Positions 1-10,368 of a stretch of DNA of 32,000 nt are shown here, one piece after another. Below the pieces are notes generated by a model, which was not told the origin of the DNA, did not search any database, and saw only the letters and a program-made list of their open reading frames with translations. The translations under genes were made by a program, and so were the position numbers. This DNA is from Candidatus Iainarchaeum sp. (lineage in GTDB: Archaea > Iainarchaeota > Iainarchaeia > Iainarchaeales > CSSED10-239). Within the stretch, counting starts at the first letter, position 1; every line of letters begins with the position of its first letter. The stretch lies in the NCBI GenBank assembly GCA_028700115.1, contig JAQVTI010000001.1, positions 161,139-193,138 on the forward strand, in the 5' to 3' direction.

Positions 1-20
1 CTAAAATATCTTTTGAAAAT

Positions 21-1679
21 ATGGATAAATTAGAACTAATAGACGAATACCAAGTATTAAACACAAATGTACAAATATTTAAACATCCAGAAAAAATAGA
101 ATATATGTATATGATTAACCCCCCAGAGTACACACTTTCTCCAGACCATTATTTTGTACTTACAAAAACAAAAGAAACTGTTGCAAACTATGCTCCTGGA
201 ACAGTTACTCTTACAACAGGGGATTCAACTAGAAAATACTTTCAAAGAATATATCAAAGCACAATAACAGATATTGCACGAAAATTTGCAATAAACATAA
301 ATGCAGAAGACATTTTTGCACTTTCTGAAATAGTTACAAGATATACAATTGGATATGGAATTTTAGAATTACTACTTTCAGACAGACAAGTAACAGATGT
401 TTATCTAGACTCACCACTTGGTTCAAAACCAATCTATTTAGTTCACTCTAAATATGGACAATGCCAAACAAACATACAATACCCAGAAAGCGATGCTGAA
501 AGCTTTATTGGAAAAATTAGAGCAATGTCTGGAAGACCATTTGATGATGCACATCCAATTTTAGACTTTGATTTACCAGATCTTAACACAAGAATTGCAA
601 TTATTGGAAGACCTCTTGCAACTGATGGGATTGCATTTGCATTCAGACTTCATAAAGACACTCCTTGGACTCTACCACAGTTAATAAATGTAAAATCACT
701 TAACTCACTTGCAGCAGGTATGCTTTCATTTTTTATAGATAATAATTCAACTATGCTAATTGCAGGATCACGTGGTGCAGGAAAAACTTCTTTAATGACT
801 TCTTTAATGCTTGAGATTCTACAAAACAGTAGAATCATAGTTCAAGAAGACACATTAGAACTTCCTGTAATGTACATGAAAGATATTGGGTTTAATGCCC
901 AAAGACTAAAAACAAGATCTGCAATTGGTGGAACAGGAGATCTAGCAACATCTGAAGTTAAACCAGAAGATGCTCTAAGAACAGCTTTAAGACTTGGTGA
1001 CTCTGCTTTAATTGTTGGGGAAGTTAGAAGTGTTGAGGCTAAAGTTTTATATGAAGCCATGAGAATTGGTGCAGCTGGAAATGTTGTTATGGGAACAATA
1101 CATGCTGATTCAGCTTATGCAGTTTGGGATAGAGTTGTAAATGATCTAGAAGTTCCAACAACTTCTTTTAAGGCAACTGATATTGTAGTTGTTGCAAAGC
1201 CTATAAGATTTAAAGGATCTTTAAAAAACCATAGAAGAGTAGTTCAAATCACAGAAGTTAGAAAGCATTGGAATAATGATCCAGATGCAGAAGGCGGACT
1301 TTTAAACTTAATGGAATATGATGCTTCAAAAGATACACTTGTTTTAAATGAAGATGCTCTAAAAGACTCTGAGATGTTTACAAAGATAAGTAAACTTTCT
1401 GGTATGAAGATAGAAGAGATTTGGGAGAACATTAACTTAAGGTCAAAAGAGAAACAGTTCCAAGTAGATTTTGCAAAAGAAAAAGATGTGATTGAAATTT
1501 TAGAGGCAGAACACACTGTTTTTGCACACAACAAGCTTCTTATCATGAAAGAAGAATATTTGGAGTATTATAATGATAAGCTAGATTATAATGATTTATA
1601 CGAAAAATGGAAAAAATGGTATACAGAAAGCTTTGCTCCAAGAGTAATTAAAAGAATAAAAGATAATAGAATTGAATAA
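21..1679 (+). CDS. Type II/IV secretion system ATPase (GspE/VirB11/archaellum FlaI-type)
   Basis: Walker A AGSRGAGKTSLM, Walker B-like SALIVGEVRSVEAKVLYEAM, GTIHADSAYAVWDR His-box; arginine-rich N-terminal domain before the ATPase domain. Confidence 0.93.
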   Translation: MDKLELIDEYQVLNTNVQIFKHPEKIEYMYMINPPEYTLSPDHYFVLTKTKETVANYAPGTVTLTTGDSTRKYFQRIYQSTITDIARKFAININAEDIFALSEIVTRYTIGYGILELLLSDRQVTDVYLDSPLGSKPIYLVHSKYGQCQTNIQYPESDAESFIGKIRAMSGRPFDDAHPILDFDLPDLNTRIAIIGRPLATDGIAFAFRLHKDTPWTLPQLINVKSLNSLAAGMLSFFIDNNSTMLIAGSRGAGKTSLMTSLMLEILQNSRIIVQEDTLELPVMYMKDIGFNAQRLKTRSAIGGTGDLATSEVKPEDALRTALRLGDSALIVGEVRSVEAKVLYEAMRIGAAGNVVMGTIHADSAYAVWDRVVNDLEVPTTSFKATDIVVVAKPIRFKGSLKNHRRVVQITEVRKHWNNDPDAEGGLLNLMEYDASKDTLVLNEDALKDSEMFTKISKLSGMKIEEIWENINLRSKEKQFQVDFAKEKDVIEILEAEHTVFAHNKLLIMKEEYLEYYNDKLDYNDLYEKWKKWYTESFAPRVIKRIKDNRIE

Positions 1680-1680
1680 A

Positions 1681-1881
1681 TTATTCTATTATCTTCCATT
1701 GTCCTTTTTTTGTAGAACCAATTCTCTTTAATTTACCTTTTTCTTTTAATTTAGATATATTCCACTCAACACCCCTAACAGATAATCCAACTTTTAAAGA
1801 TAATTCTTTTACAGTAATATTAGGATTTTTCTTAATTAATAAAATTATTTTATCCACAGTTTCTTCCACAGTCTCTTCCAC
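1681..1881 (-). CDS. Small winged-helix/HTH DNA-binding protein
   Basis: 66-aa ORF with the pattern IKKNPNITVKELSLKVGLSVRGVEWNISKLKEKGKLKRIGSTKKGQWKI, typical of wHTH domains. Confidence 0.8.
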   Translation of the reverse strand: MEETVEETVDKIILLIKKNPNITVKELSLKVGLSVRGVEWNISKLKEKGKLKRIGSTKKGQWKIIE

Positions 1882-2036
1882 AGTCTCTTCAAAAATTATT
1901 TAAAAACAAATAAAATATATATAATTTTCTAAAAGTCAACTAATTAATTAGCAAACTAATTAAATAATATAGAATAATTTATAAATATAATAAACAATAT
2001 TAATATATTATTTAAAAAAACAAAACAAGAGAAAAC

Positions 2037-2663
2037 ATGAAATTATTTAATAGAGTTAGAAAACCTAAAAGAGAGACACCTCATAAGATAATAGAAAAAA
2101 CATATAAAATAAATGAACTTGAAGCAGCTTTTACAAAAGAGAAAGGCAAAAACTCAAAATTAAAAGAAATAAATGCAGTTAGAAGAAAAGATTCAGGTAA
2201 ATTTGTTTTAGGAGATATTAAAGATAAATTTTACCACACACATATTCTAGATAGTCTAAAAGAAAGAAATAAATTAATACCTAGTCCAGAAGACATAGTT
2301 ACATCTAGTTTACTTAAAAGATATAAGAATGTAAAAAACAATGGTGTTTTTCTAATACACAAAGGTAAAGAAATTGGAAAAATACATTTTAGATTAAGTG
2401 ATAAATTTATTAAAGATATTAGAGAAGGAACAGAGAGAGCAAGTAAGACTAATAAAGATATTAATAAGGTTGATTTTTTTAATGCATTTCTAAAACTAAG
2501 AATAAGTAATATTTATTCTTTTAATATTTTAAAAGATAAAATGACTTTAGAAAAACAAGTTAAGATAATTAATGAACTTAAAAAAGAAGGTATACAAATA
2601 AAATATAAAGCAATGCCTGGATATAAGTTTAATGAAAAAACTATGCTTTTTGAAAAAGCATAA
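2037..2663 (+). CDS. Hypothetical protein, basic, 208 aa
   Basis: Long ORF ending in the left copy of a 53-bp repeat. Confidence 0.6.
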   Translation: MKLFNRVRKPKRETPHKIIEKTYKINELEAAFTKEKGKNSKLKEINAVRRKDSGKFVLGDIKDKFYHTHILDSLKERNKLIPSPEDIVTSSLLKRYKNVKNNGVFLIHKGKEIGKIHFRLSDKFIKDIREGTERASKTNKDINKVDFFNAFLKLRISNIYSFNILKDKMTLEKQVKIINELKKEGIQIKYKAMPGYKFNEKTMLFEKA

Positions 2664-2687
2664 AACTAATTTTATTTTTATAAAAAA
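2635..2687 (+). repeat. Left copy of 53-bp perfect direct repeat flanking the AAA ATPase gene; contains the inverted repeat TATGCTTTTT-G-AAAAAGCATA
   Basis: aaaaaactatgctttttgaaaaagcataaaactaattttatttttataaaaaa is identical to 4144-4196. Confidence 0.95.
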
Positions 2688-4021
2688 CTTTTTGGTTTTT
2701 CTAACATAGCTAAAAACATACATACAGGTATAACTAAATTATTATTTAGATTAATATCTGCAGGTGCAACTAAATTTTTTGAAAGCATAATATATTCATC
2801 AACATCTTCTATAAAATTAGGTTTTTTAAATTTATTTCTATATTTAACTTCAATTGCTTTATTTTTAAAAACAAAATCAATTTCTTTTTGATCTACATTA
2901 TAATATTTTAATTCTAAATTATAAATATTTTGTAAATGACTACCAACTGTATTTTCTACAAGCTTACCTAAAAAAGTATCATTAAATAAAAGAGATCTAC
3001 TTTCTTCAAAAGAATCTAAATTATTTGAATAGTTTAATAAAGAATGAATAATAAAAGGATCTTTAATATAAAATTTCTTTAAAAGATCTCTTGCAGATTC
3101 TTTTATTTCAAAAATAATTAATAATTCTTTTAATTCATTTAAATATTTTTTAATAGTATCTATAGAATAACCTGTTTTTTCACTAATAGTTGTATATTTT
3201 AAAGAACCAGTTAAAGATTCAATTAAAACTTTTAATATTTCAATAGATTTTGTTTTATCCATTTTTTCAAATATTTTTTGAATAATATCTTCATAATATT
3301 TTTCAGAAATTGAATTATTTTTAAAATAAGAGTTTATAGTTTCTGGAAAACCACCTGTTAATAAATAAATATTAAAATATTTATTAATTTCATCAAAATA
3401 AGATTCTATATTTAAAAATTTACTAAGTATATCTTCATTAGATAAATTTAAATTAATTTCAGACTTAACTAAAAGGTTATATAAACTTAAATTATCAGTT
3501 TTAGTTATATTTAAAAGAAATTGCCTAAAAGTTAAAGAAGACATAACTTTTATTTCTTCAGATCTTCCAATTAATGCTTGTTTACATTCTTCAATTTTTC
3601 TAGGATCAGAACCAGTAACTACTAAACAAATATCTTTTAATAAATTAGAATCTTTTAAAGCTTTTAAAAAGGCACAACTATTTTGTAAAGATTGAATCTC
3701 ATCAAATAAAATAATTTTAATAGGATATAAATTAATTATTTTTTCCATTTGCCTAAATAGTTCTTTTTCTTTTAAATTTAATAAAATATCAAAATTAAAA
3801 TAAATTACTTCCTTTGAATTAGTAGAATAAGCAATTTGTTTTAAATAAATTGTTTTTCCTACTCTTCTAGGTCCTTTAATTAAATTTATAGTCCCAGGAG
3901 TAAGATTTATAGAATCTCTAGTTATAATATATTTATTTTTAGATAAATTATCTATATCTGGATCTTTTTTTCCTGAAAACCAGGGATTTTGACTTAAAAC
4001 AACATTCCAATCTAAAGGCAT
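2678..4021 (-). CDS. Archaeal AAA ATPase, DUF4143/PD-(D/E)XK style
   Basis: P-loop GPRRVGKTIYLKQ, Walker B KIILFDEIQSL, sensor VVTGSDP, C-terminal VDQKEIDFVFKNKAIEVKYRNK nuclease-like motif. Confidence 0.9.
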   Translation of the reverse strand: MPLDWNVVLSQNPWFSGKKDPDIDNLSKNKYIITRDSINLTPGTINLIKGPRRVGKTIYLKQIAYSTNSKEVIYFNFDILLNLKEKELFRQMEKIINLYPIKIILFDEIQSLQNSCAFLKALKDSNLLKDICLVVTGSDPRKIEECKQALIGRSEEIKVMSSLTFRQFLLNITKTDNLSLYNLLVKSEINLNLSNEDILSKFLNIESYFDEINKYFNIYLLTGGFPETINSYFKNNSISEKYYEDIIQKIFEKMDKTKSIEILKVLIESLTGSLKYTTISEKTGYSIDTIKKYLNELKELLIIFEIKESARDLLKKFYIKDPFIIHSLLNYSNNLDSFEESRSLLFNDTFLGKLVENTVGSHLQNIYNLELKYYNVDQKEIDFVFKNKAIEVKYRNKFKKPNFIEDVDEYIMLSKNLVAPADINLNNNLVIPVCMFLAMLEKPKSFL

Positions 4022-4055
4022 ATATTAATTATACACCTATAAGTTTATAAATTTA

Positions 4056-4138
4056 TCTAAAAGTCAACTAGTTAACTAGTTGAAATTATCTAAAAGTCAA
4101 CTAATTAACTAATTAACTAATTAACTAATTAATTAAAT
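4056..4138. repeat. Repeated/palindromic tract upstream of the AAA ATPase: tctaaaagtcaacta x2, the 18-bp palindrome caactagttaactagttg (4065-4082), then (ctaattaa)n
   Basis: Direct reading; tctaaaagtcaactaattaa also occurs at 1928-1947 upstream of the 208-aa ORF. Confidence 0.85.
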
Positions 4139-4143
4139 AATAA

Positions 4144-4196
4144 AAAAAACTATGCTTTTTGAAAAAGCATAAAACTAATTTTATTTTTATAAAAAA
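4144..4196 (+). repeat. Right copy of 53-bp perfect direct repeat
   Basis: Identical to 2635-2687. Confidence 0.95.
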
Positions 4197-4197
4197 A

Positions 4198-4773
4198 TCA
4201 TACATTAATATAGTCTTTATGAATATACTCTTTTACAAATAATAAAACATCTTTATTTGTAAATTGATTTATACTCTTTTTATGATCTTCAAAAAACAGT
4301 TCATAACAATATCTAAGATATGAAGGATTAAGAGTTTTTACTTGGTTAAAAAATTTAACTTTTAACTCTTTAGAAATATCTAATTCTTTTATTTTTTTAT
4401 CTAATTTATATTTTAAGATATTTCCTTGTCTATCAGATCTATTAACATAGATTTCTGCTTCACGTTTTTCTATTTGTGCATATTTTAAAAAATGTTCAAC
4501 AATTTTTATATATTCTTTTTGAGTTAGTTTTTTCATTAACTCTTTTGTAGTCATGTTTTTTTTATCTCTTAAAAGAATATTATGCATATGAAAAACAATA
4601 TCAGAATCTGATAAAAATTTATCTTTTTGTTTAATTAGTTCTCTTAGTTTAGGGTCTACTACTTTTTGATTTAGTTTCTTTGTAGACCTATTTCTAGTTA
4701 TTTTAAAACTTTGTCTTTTTTCCTTAAATGTATAAGGTTTATTTGTTTTTGGATTTATTTTTCTAAAAGGCAT
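4198..4773 (-). CDS. Hypothetical protein, basic, 191 aa
   Basis: Long ORF; convergent with the 208-aa ORF across the repeat/ATPase block. Confidence 0.6.
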   Translation of the reverse strand: MPFRKINPKTNKPYTFKEKRQSFKITRNRSTKKLNQKVVDPKLRELIKQKDKFLSDSDIVFHMHNILLRDKKNMTTKELMKKLTQKEYIKIVEHFLKYAQIEKREAEIYVNRSDRQGNILKYKLDKKIKELDISKELKVKFFNQVKTLNPSYLRYCYELFFEDHKKSINQFTNKDVLLFVKEYIHKDYINV

Positions 4774-4875
4774 AAATAATTAACTCTTTTATATTATAAC
4801 AAATATATAAAAGATAAATAAATTTATAAATAGTAATTTTTATTAAAAAAATAAATTTTTTTAAAGAAAATTCAT

Positions 4876-5619
4876 TTAATTAATTTTATTTAAAATAAAC
4901 TTACAAATAAGTTTAAAATCTAATCTATATTTTTTTAAAATATAATGATTTGTTGAATTATTATACAATTTTATTTTATAATCATCATTTATTATATTAT
5001 TTAATTTATTAATAACTATAGATTTATCTTTTATTGGAAAATTATTATCTTTTAGTATAACATAGATATCATAAATATCTTTACCTTCATCTCTATTTAT
5101 AAAAGCTTTAATTTTTTGATAAAATAATTCTTCTAAACTATAAACATTAAAATAAGATATATCAAAATCAACAAATCCAGGATAAATTATTTTTTTATTA
5201 ATATCAGGCATATCTTTATTATTTAATCTAAATTCAAGCATAATTTTATCTTTTTGATTAATCTCATTAATATACTGAATATCAAATCTAATTGTTTTAT
5301 TCATGATTCTTGGTTTATTTACAATATAAGATTTCAAATATTTTTTTAAAATTAAATAAATATCTTCTTTTAAAATATTTATTTCTTTTTTAGAAAAAAT
5401 ATCAAAATCAATATCTTCAGAAAATCTTTTAAATTTATTAAAATAAACTCTATTTAAAGAAGTTCCTCCTTTTAATATTATATTATCAAATTTATTCTCT
5501 AATAATTTAAATATTTTTGAAATTTCTTTATCTTTTATAATATAATTTGTAGATAATCCAGTATCTAAACAAATTTTTCTAATAAGTTTTATATCCATTA
5601 ATTTAATACCACCAATCAA
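4876..5619 (-). CDS. AbiEii-like nucleotidyltransferase toxin
   Basis: NIILKGGTSLNRVYFNKFKRFSEDIDFDIF is the AbiEii/MenT-type KGGTxL...R.SxDxDF signature; start overlaps the upstream AbiEi-like ORF. Confidence 0.9.
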   Translation of the reverse strand: MIGGIKLMDIKLIRKICLDTGLSTNYIIKDKEISKIFKLLENKFDNIILKGGTSLNRVYFNKFKRFSEDIDFDIFSKKEINILKEDIYLILKKYLKSYIVNKPRIMNKTIRFDIQYINEINQKDKIMLEFRLNNKDMPDINKKIIYPGFVDFDISYFNVYSLEELFYQKIKAFINRDEGKDIYDIYVILKDNNFPIKDKSIVINKLNNIINDDYKIKLYNNSTNHYILKKYRLDFKLICKFILNKIN

Positions 5620-6391
5620 TTATATTTTTTTCACCTAAATTATCTTTTAGTTTCCATTTATCTATATATTTTGATTTTTTATTATTTATATTTAATAAAT
5701 AAGTATTAGATTTGTCTTGAGATAATAAATATTTTAAAAAATAATTAGGTATTTTTAAATTTGTATTTTTAAGTAAAATATCTAAAATATAGCCAGTAAT
5801 TTGATTTTGTCTTTTACTAGAGTATTTTTTATAAATTAATAATAATTTATTCCAATTTATTTTATTTGAACCTAAATATATAGCTTTAGATAAAATAGAA
5901 TAACTACCTATATATTTAAATTTATTAAAACAATCAAATATAGTTTTTTCTAAAGAAGAAATATAAATATTATCTATTCTTATAAAATCATTATAAAAAT
6001 TAGTATTTATATATTTTAGATTATATTCATATAATTTAATATTTTTAGATTTTTTATTAGTAGAAATATATATGTTGAAAGGATGGTAATCTATTAAACC
6101 ATAATAAAATAAAGCAGATGAAAAAGAAATATATCCAGGATATAAATTAGTTGCTATTTCAAAAAGATCATTTATTGAAAAAATATCTTTTTTAATATAA
6201 TTATTTTTTTTAAGATTTAATAAATACCCTTTATCTTTTAATTGTTTTAATAAAAAATTAATCTTATAATTAGAATAATCTTTAAAAGCAGATTTTAAAT
6301 CATTGTTTTTTAATATATTATTCTTTTTTTTAGAATCTATATAGTTATACAAATAATTTTCATTATTTGTTAATTGGTTATTTTTTTGCAT
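5603..6391 (-). CDS. AbiEi-like antitoxin/transcriptional regulator
   Basis: N-terminal wHTH-like region, then DIFEIATNLYPGYISFSSALFYYGL..SLEKTIFDCFN, typical of AbiEi; overlaps the AbiEii-like gene by 17 nt. Confidence 0.8.
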   Translation of the reverse strand: MQKNNQLTNNENYLYNYIDSKKKNNILKNNDLKSAFKDYSNYKINFLLKQLKDKGYLLNLKKNNYIKKDIFSINDLFEIATNLYPGYISFSSALFYYGLIDYHPFNIYISTNKKSKNIKLYEYNLKYINTNFYNDFIRIDNIYISSLEKTIFDCFNKFKYIGSYSILSKAIYLGSNKINWNKLLLIYKKYSSKRQNQITGYILDILLKNTNLKIPNYFLKYLLSQDKSNTYLLNINNKKSKYIDKWKLKDNLGEKNIIDWWY

Positions 6392-6596
6392 ATAACATAA
6401 TTATATTACATAACCTTTAAAAAATTAACCAAAAAATATTTATTTAAAATATATTAAAAATAAATAAAATTTTAAGAAAAAGAATAAGTTTTAGATTTTT
6501 AAAATTTTTTTAAAAATAAAAAAAAGAAAAGAAAGAAAAGGAAATAAATCCTTTATCTTTAACGGTTTAGATTTAATCTATTTTATTTTCAAACAT

Positions 6597-9152
6597 TTAC
6601 ATGTTTTCAATAACGTTGATTAATTCTTTAGCAGCCATTGCAGTGTCTTCAGCTGTCATTCCAGCAACAACAATATTACCTTCAGCGTTTTGTCCTAATA
6701 CATAGTCTCCAGAAGCTGTTAACATAGTATCTAATCCTATATTTTGAGCTAATGTGTTAACTAAGTGACCACCAACAATGATTTTGTTTCCTGCTGGGTT
6801 TTCGTTATCAAGGTATACTAATTTGTTTGTTGCAACATTCCATGTCATTGGAACAATAGCATCAGTTGCAGCTCCACCAGATAAAGCAACAGCATCTAAT
6901 GATACAGATACTCCGTCTTCTGTTTGTTGTTCTCCTTCAGCTGTTAAAGTGAATGTTGAACCGTTAATTGATGTTGAAGTACTAGCTCCTCCACCAACGA
7001 AGATTTGTCCATATAATTTAGTATCAGGAACAATTGCAGTAAACATACCTCCGTCTACTTCAGCATATGTACCAAATTCTGTATATCCCCAAGTTAAATC
7101 ATCAGAATCTTCTTGATTTAGTGTGTAAGTTACAGCATCACCAGTTGTGAAAGCTGAATTTCCATTTACAACAAGAACTTGATCAACAACAGCTAAATAA
7201 GATGAATCATCTGTATCTACTAAATTTCCAGTTCCAGCATCAATATGAGCTACTACTGAATCTTGACCATCATCAACAACAAATTCAAACATAGATTTCA
7301 TATCAGTACCGTCTGTTAAAACACCTGTAGCAGTTTTACCAACATATGTACCATCACTAGTTGCAGCAACATCTATTTGTGTATATATATTTTTAATAGT
7401 CCAATCTTGAGTAGGACTATCAATAGTACCTTCAATAGATCCTGCAGCACCTTCTTTAAGACCTAATGCAAATTGAGTAATATCATTTGTTCCAGTTGCA
7501 CCATCTTCGTTAATATATAAACCATAAGCTAATTTTTCAGATTCATTATTATATAATGGGATTGTTAAATCTGTAAATGCAGCATCTGTGTAAACAAATT
7601 TAGAATTATCTGTATTTGTTGTTTCCCAAGTCCAAACATTAGAAGTTTTTGTTAAGTAATCTCCATCATCATCTTCTAATTGAACTGTGAAATAACCAAT
7701 ATCTAAAGCATCATTTGCAGCATTAGGAATTCCACCAACATTGGAATCTTCATTACCATATATAAAACTATCATAAGAACCTACATCTGTAGTAGTATTA
7801 AAATCCTCATCAGCTGTATGGAATTCAATGTATAATTTCTTATCATCTAATGTTTGCATAGTTGTATAGTTTTCACCATCTCCGTAAGTTCCATCTTCTT
7901 CTTCATAAAAGAATACTTTGTGATCGTCGTCAGTAGCATCTATATAAGAAATATATCCATCTTCAACAATTACTTCTTTTGATGATTCATTAGTTAAACC
8001 TAAAAAGTCAATAGAACCTAAATCAAATGGTAAAACAATAGAGTCATCTACTTTTAAAGCATCTTCATCTTCCCATTGAACATCTTGATCTTCATTAGTA
8101 AATACTATTTTTGTAATAGGATCAGAACCTGTAAAACTAACTTTCCATAATTTATCATCTATATTTGGGAAATCTTCAATAATTTGTCCACTTTCAAGCT
8201 CTATACTTGTACTTGTACCTGAAACAACAGTTACTTTTTTATCATAAACTGTATCTATTTCTACATTTGATTCTAAATATTCGTTGAATACTGTTTCATA
8301 ATCTGTAAAAACTTCAGAAGCTAAAATTGCACCATTTTGAGAAATACTTAATTCAACAGAATAATTATTACTAGATTCTAAAATATCTTCAACAGTGATT
8401 GTATATCCGTCAACTTCAAAAGAAGCACCTTCTTCATAAGGAGCTGTATTTTTATTTTGAACTAAAGTTACAATTCCATTAGAATAGTCTTCAAGAGTAT
8501 ATTCATTACCCATTAAATTAAATTTGAAATCAGGACTACCTTCATCATTAGCACCATTATTAATTCCAGGATTAAATTCAAGAGTATATGAAATATCCCC
8601 TCTATCAAATGATGCTGTTAAATCAGCTACATCTTTATCTGAATCAAAAGCAACTGTAGGAGTAATAGTAATACTTTCTTGTACATTTATTTCATCAGTA
8701 TCAAAAATACTATCATCAACATCTACGTCATAATCTCCTAAAACAGAATAATCTCTGTCATCAAGAGTTTCTGTAACACTAGTAGATCCTAATTCCCAAT
8801 CATCTGTTAACAAACCGTCTCCAGAAATTGTAGATGTTGATTCAGCACCAGCTGTAACAGTTACACTTTCTAATGCAGCTCCAGCGATTGCGTCACCTGA
8901 TGTGTAAGCTTTCTTTCCAATAGCAGCAGCTATGTTTCCAGCCCATACAACATCAACTGGTTGAGCCATAGATCCAACGATTACATTGTAAGCTGGTCCT
9001 GTAGCACCAAATAATTGATCTTTTGTTAAGTTGTCTATTCCAGTGTATGTGTCATCTGCCATGTTAGCAGCAGCAACAGCACCTGCAAATAAAGCAGAAA
9101 CTGCAAAAACACCTGCACCAGCAACTATTTTCTTCATATTTATATTCTTCAT
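6597..9152 (-). CDS. S-layer protein (archaeal SLP-like)
   Basis: Signal peptide MKKIVAGAGVFAVSALFAGAVAAA, acidic Thr/Asp-rich 851-aa protein; C-terminal NKIIVGGHLVNTLAQNIGL..., N-terminal GATGPAYNVIVGSMAQPVDVVWAGNIAAAIG as in archaeal S-layer proteins. Confidence 0.85.
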   Translation of the reverse strand: MKNINMKKIVAGAGVFAVSALFAGAVAAANMADDTYTGIDNLTKDQLFGATGPAYNVIVGSMAQPVDVVWAGNIAAAIGKKAYTSGDAIAGAALESVTVTAGAESTSTISGDGLLTDDWELGSTSVTETLDDRDYSVLGDYDVDVDDSIFDTDEINVQESITITPTVAFDSDKDVADLTASFDRGDISYTLEFNPGINNGANDEGSPDFKFNLMGNEYTLEDYSNGIVTLVQNKNTAPYEEGASFEVDGYTITVEDILESSNNYSVELSISQNGAILASEVFTDYETVFNEYLESNVEIDTVYDKKVTVVSGTSTSIELESGQIIEDFPNIDDKLWKVSFTGSDPITKIVFTNEDQDVQWEDEDALKVDDSIVLPFDLGSIDFLGLTNESSKEVIVEDGYISYIDATDDDHKVFFYEEEDGTYGDGENYTTMQTLDDKKLYIEFHTADEDFNTTTDVGSYDSFIYGNEDSNVGGIPNAANDALDIGYFTVQLEDDDGDYLTKTSNVWTWETTNTDNSKFVYTDAAFTDLTIPLYNNESEKLAYGLYINEDGATGTNDITQFALGLKEGAAGSIEGTIDSPTQDWTIKNIYTQIDVAATSDGTYVGKTATGVLTDGTDMKSMFEFVVDDGQDSVVAHIDAGTGNLVDTDDSSYLAVVDQVLVVNGNSAFTTGDAVTYTLNQEDSDDLTWGYTEFGTYAEVDGGMFTAIVPDTKLYGQIFVGGGASTSTSINGSTFTLTAEGEQQTEDGVSVSLDAVALSGGAATDAIVPMTWNVATNKLVYLDNENPAGNKIIVGGHLVNTLAQNIGLDTMLTASGDYVLGQNAEGNIVVAGMTAEDTAMAAKELINVIENM

Positions 9153-9524
9153 ATATTCACCTTTTTTTTTATATAAAGACTGAACCTGTGTAAATTAATT
9201 TTAAGTTAACAAAAAAACAAAGTTAGCTTATAAAACAGATTCGCCAAAGTAACGTTCATAGTTTACACTCATGTTACTGTAAGATATTAAAGAAAGAATA
9301 TATTTAAAAAGGTAAGTTTTTTGGAAAGAAAACAAAAGGTTTATAAAGAAATATGCCTCATAAAAATTGTTTTCCAAACCATAAAAAAACCTTATTTTAG
9401 ACATATAATAATAAATTATATTTGTTTATATATAATATATATTAAATATATAATATTTTAAAATATAATCTATTGAATAAAAAAAGAACAAAAAAGAACT
9501 AAAAAGAAAATATCTAAAAAAAAA

Positions 9525-10060
9525 TTATTTATCTAGATAAATATCTAGATACATAGGCAAGGCACCTTTATCTCTTTCTTTTAATATTTTAAATTTAAAT
9601 TTTTTATAAAAATGAATAGAATCTTTACTTTTGTCCTTATTTCTTTTTACATCTAAAATTAAAAATCTACAACCACAAATACTAGATAACTTTTTAGCTA
9701 CACTATAAGAAATTTCAAGTAACATTGTTCCAAAGCCCATTCTTGAAAAATCATCATCAACTGCAAGTCTACCTATCTTTAATGCAGGAATTGCTTTATA
9801 TTTAACATTTTTTTAAGAAAAAAAGTCTTTAAAGGTTTAGTTAAATTTAAAGAATCAGTTAATAAAGTAACATAACATACTAAATTATCTTTATAAAATA
9901 ATAAATAAGTAGTAGATATTTTTTGTTTTTAATTACTTAAAGCATCATCTACTAAAAAATCTTTCAAATCTTTCTCATAGGTTTTAAAATTAGTAATAAT
10001 ATCTTTGTCAGTTTTTAAAATAGGTCTAATTTTAATATATTTTAAATTTATTTTTTCCAT
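9525..10060 (-). pseudogene. Decayed GNAT acetyltransferase (TacT-like toxin)
   Basis: Manual joining gives MEKINLKYIKIRPILKTDKDIITNFKTYEKDLKDFLVDDALSN*KQKISTTYLLFYKDNLVCYVTLLTDSLNLTKPLKTFFLK / NVKYKAIPALKIGRLAVDDDFSRMGFGTMLLEISYSVAKKLSSICGCRFLILDVKRNKDKSKDSIHFYKKFKF...; one in-frame TAA plus a 1-nt shift at a poly-A run near 9811. Confidence 0.8.
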
Positions 10061-10215
10061 AATTGACTTTCATAAAAAGATCTGTTCTTTTCTGCATTTT
10101 TAATAAATGCAACTCTTTCTTTAGAAGGATGCTTTAACTCTTTAGCCCATCCTTTAATAAACTTATCAGCATCATCCCCTCTTAATACAGGAGTTGCTCT
10201 AATTAGTTTAGCCAT
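10048..10215 (-). CDS. Small putative antitoxin partner of the GNAT gene
   Basis: 55-aa ORF absent from the supplied track: MAKLIRATPVLRGDDADKFIKGWAKELKHPSKERVAFIKNAEKNRSFYESQLWKK; its stop overlaps the ATG of the GNAT gene. Confidence 0.65.
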   Translation of the reverse strand: MAKLIRATPVLRGDDADKFIKGWAKELKHPSKERVAFIKNAEKNRSFYESQLWKK

Positions 10216-10368
10216 ATTTATCACATTTATATAATATATATGTATTTATTAAAACAATTTATAAGTATTTGTATTACAAATAAAAAAAGAACAAAAAAGA
10301 AAGAGAAATAGAATATAAATTTTTAAAAAAAAGAAAATAAAAAAACAGTTTTTAATATTTTAAAAAAA

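Noticed and set aside
650-1546. Three minus-strand ORFs inside the secretion ATPase gene.
   Set aside because: Shadow ORFs antisense to a strongly supported ATPase.
4056-4138. Possible CRISPR or tandem-repeat array near the ATPase.
   Set aside because: 8-bp tandem units with no spacers; simple repeat/palindrome.
6778-8733. Short plus-strand ORFs (112 aa and 69 aa) inside the S-layer gene.
   Set aside because: Antisense to a clear 851-aa coding sequence, no recognisable motifs; explained as shadow ORFs.
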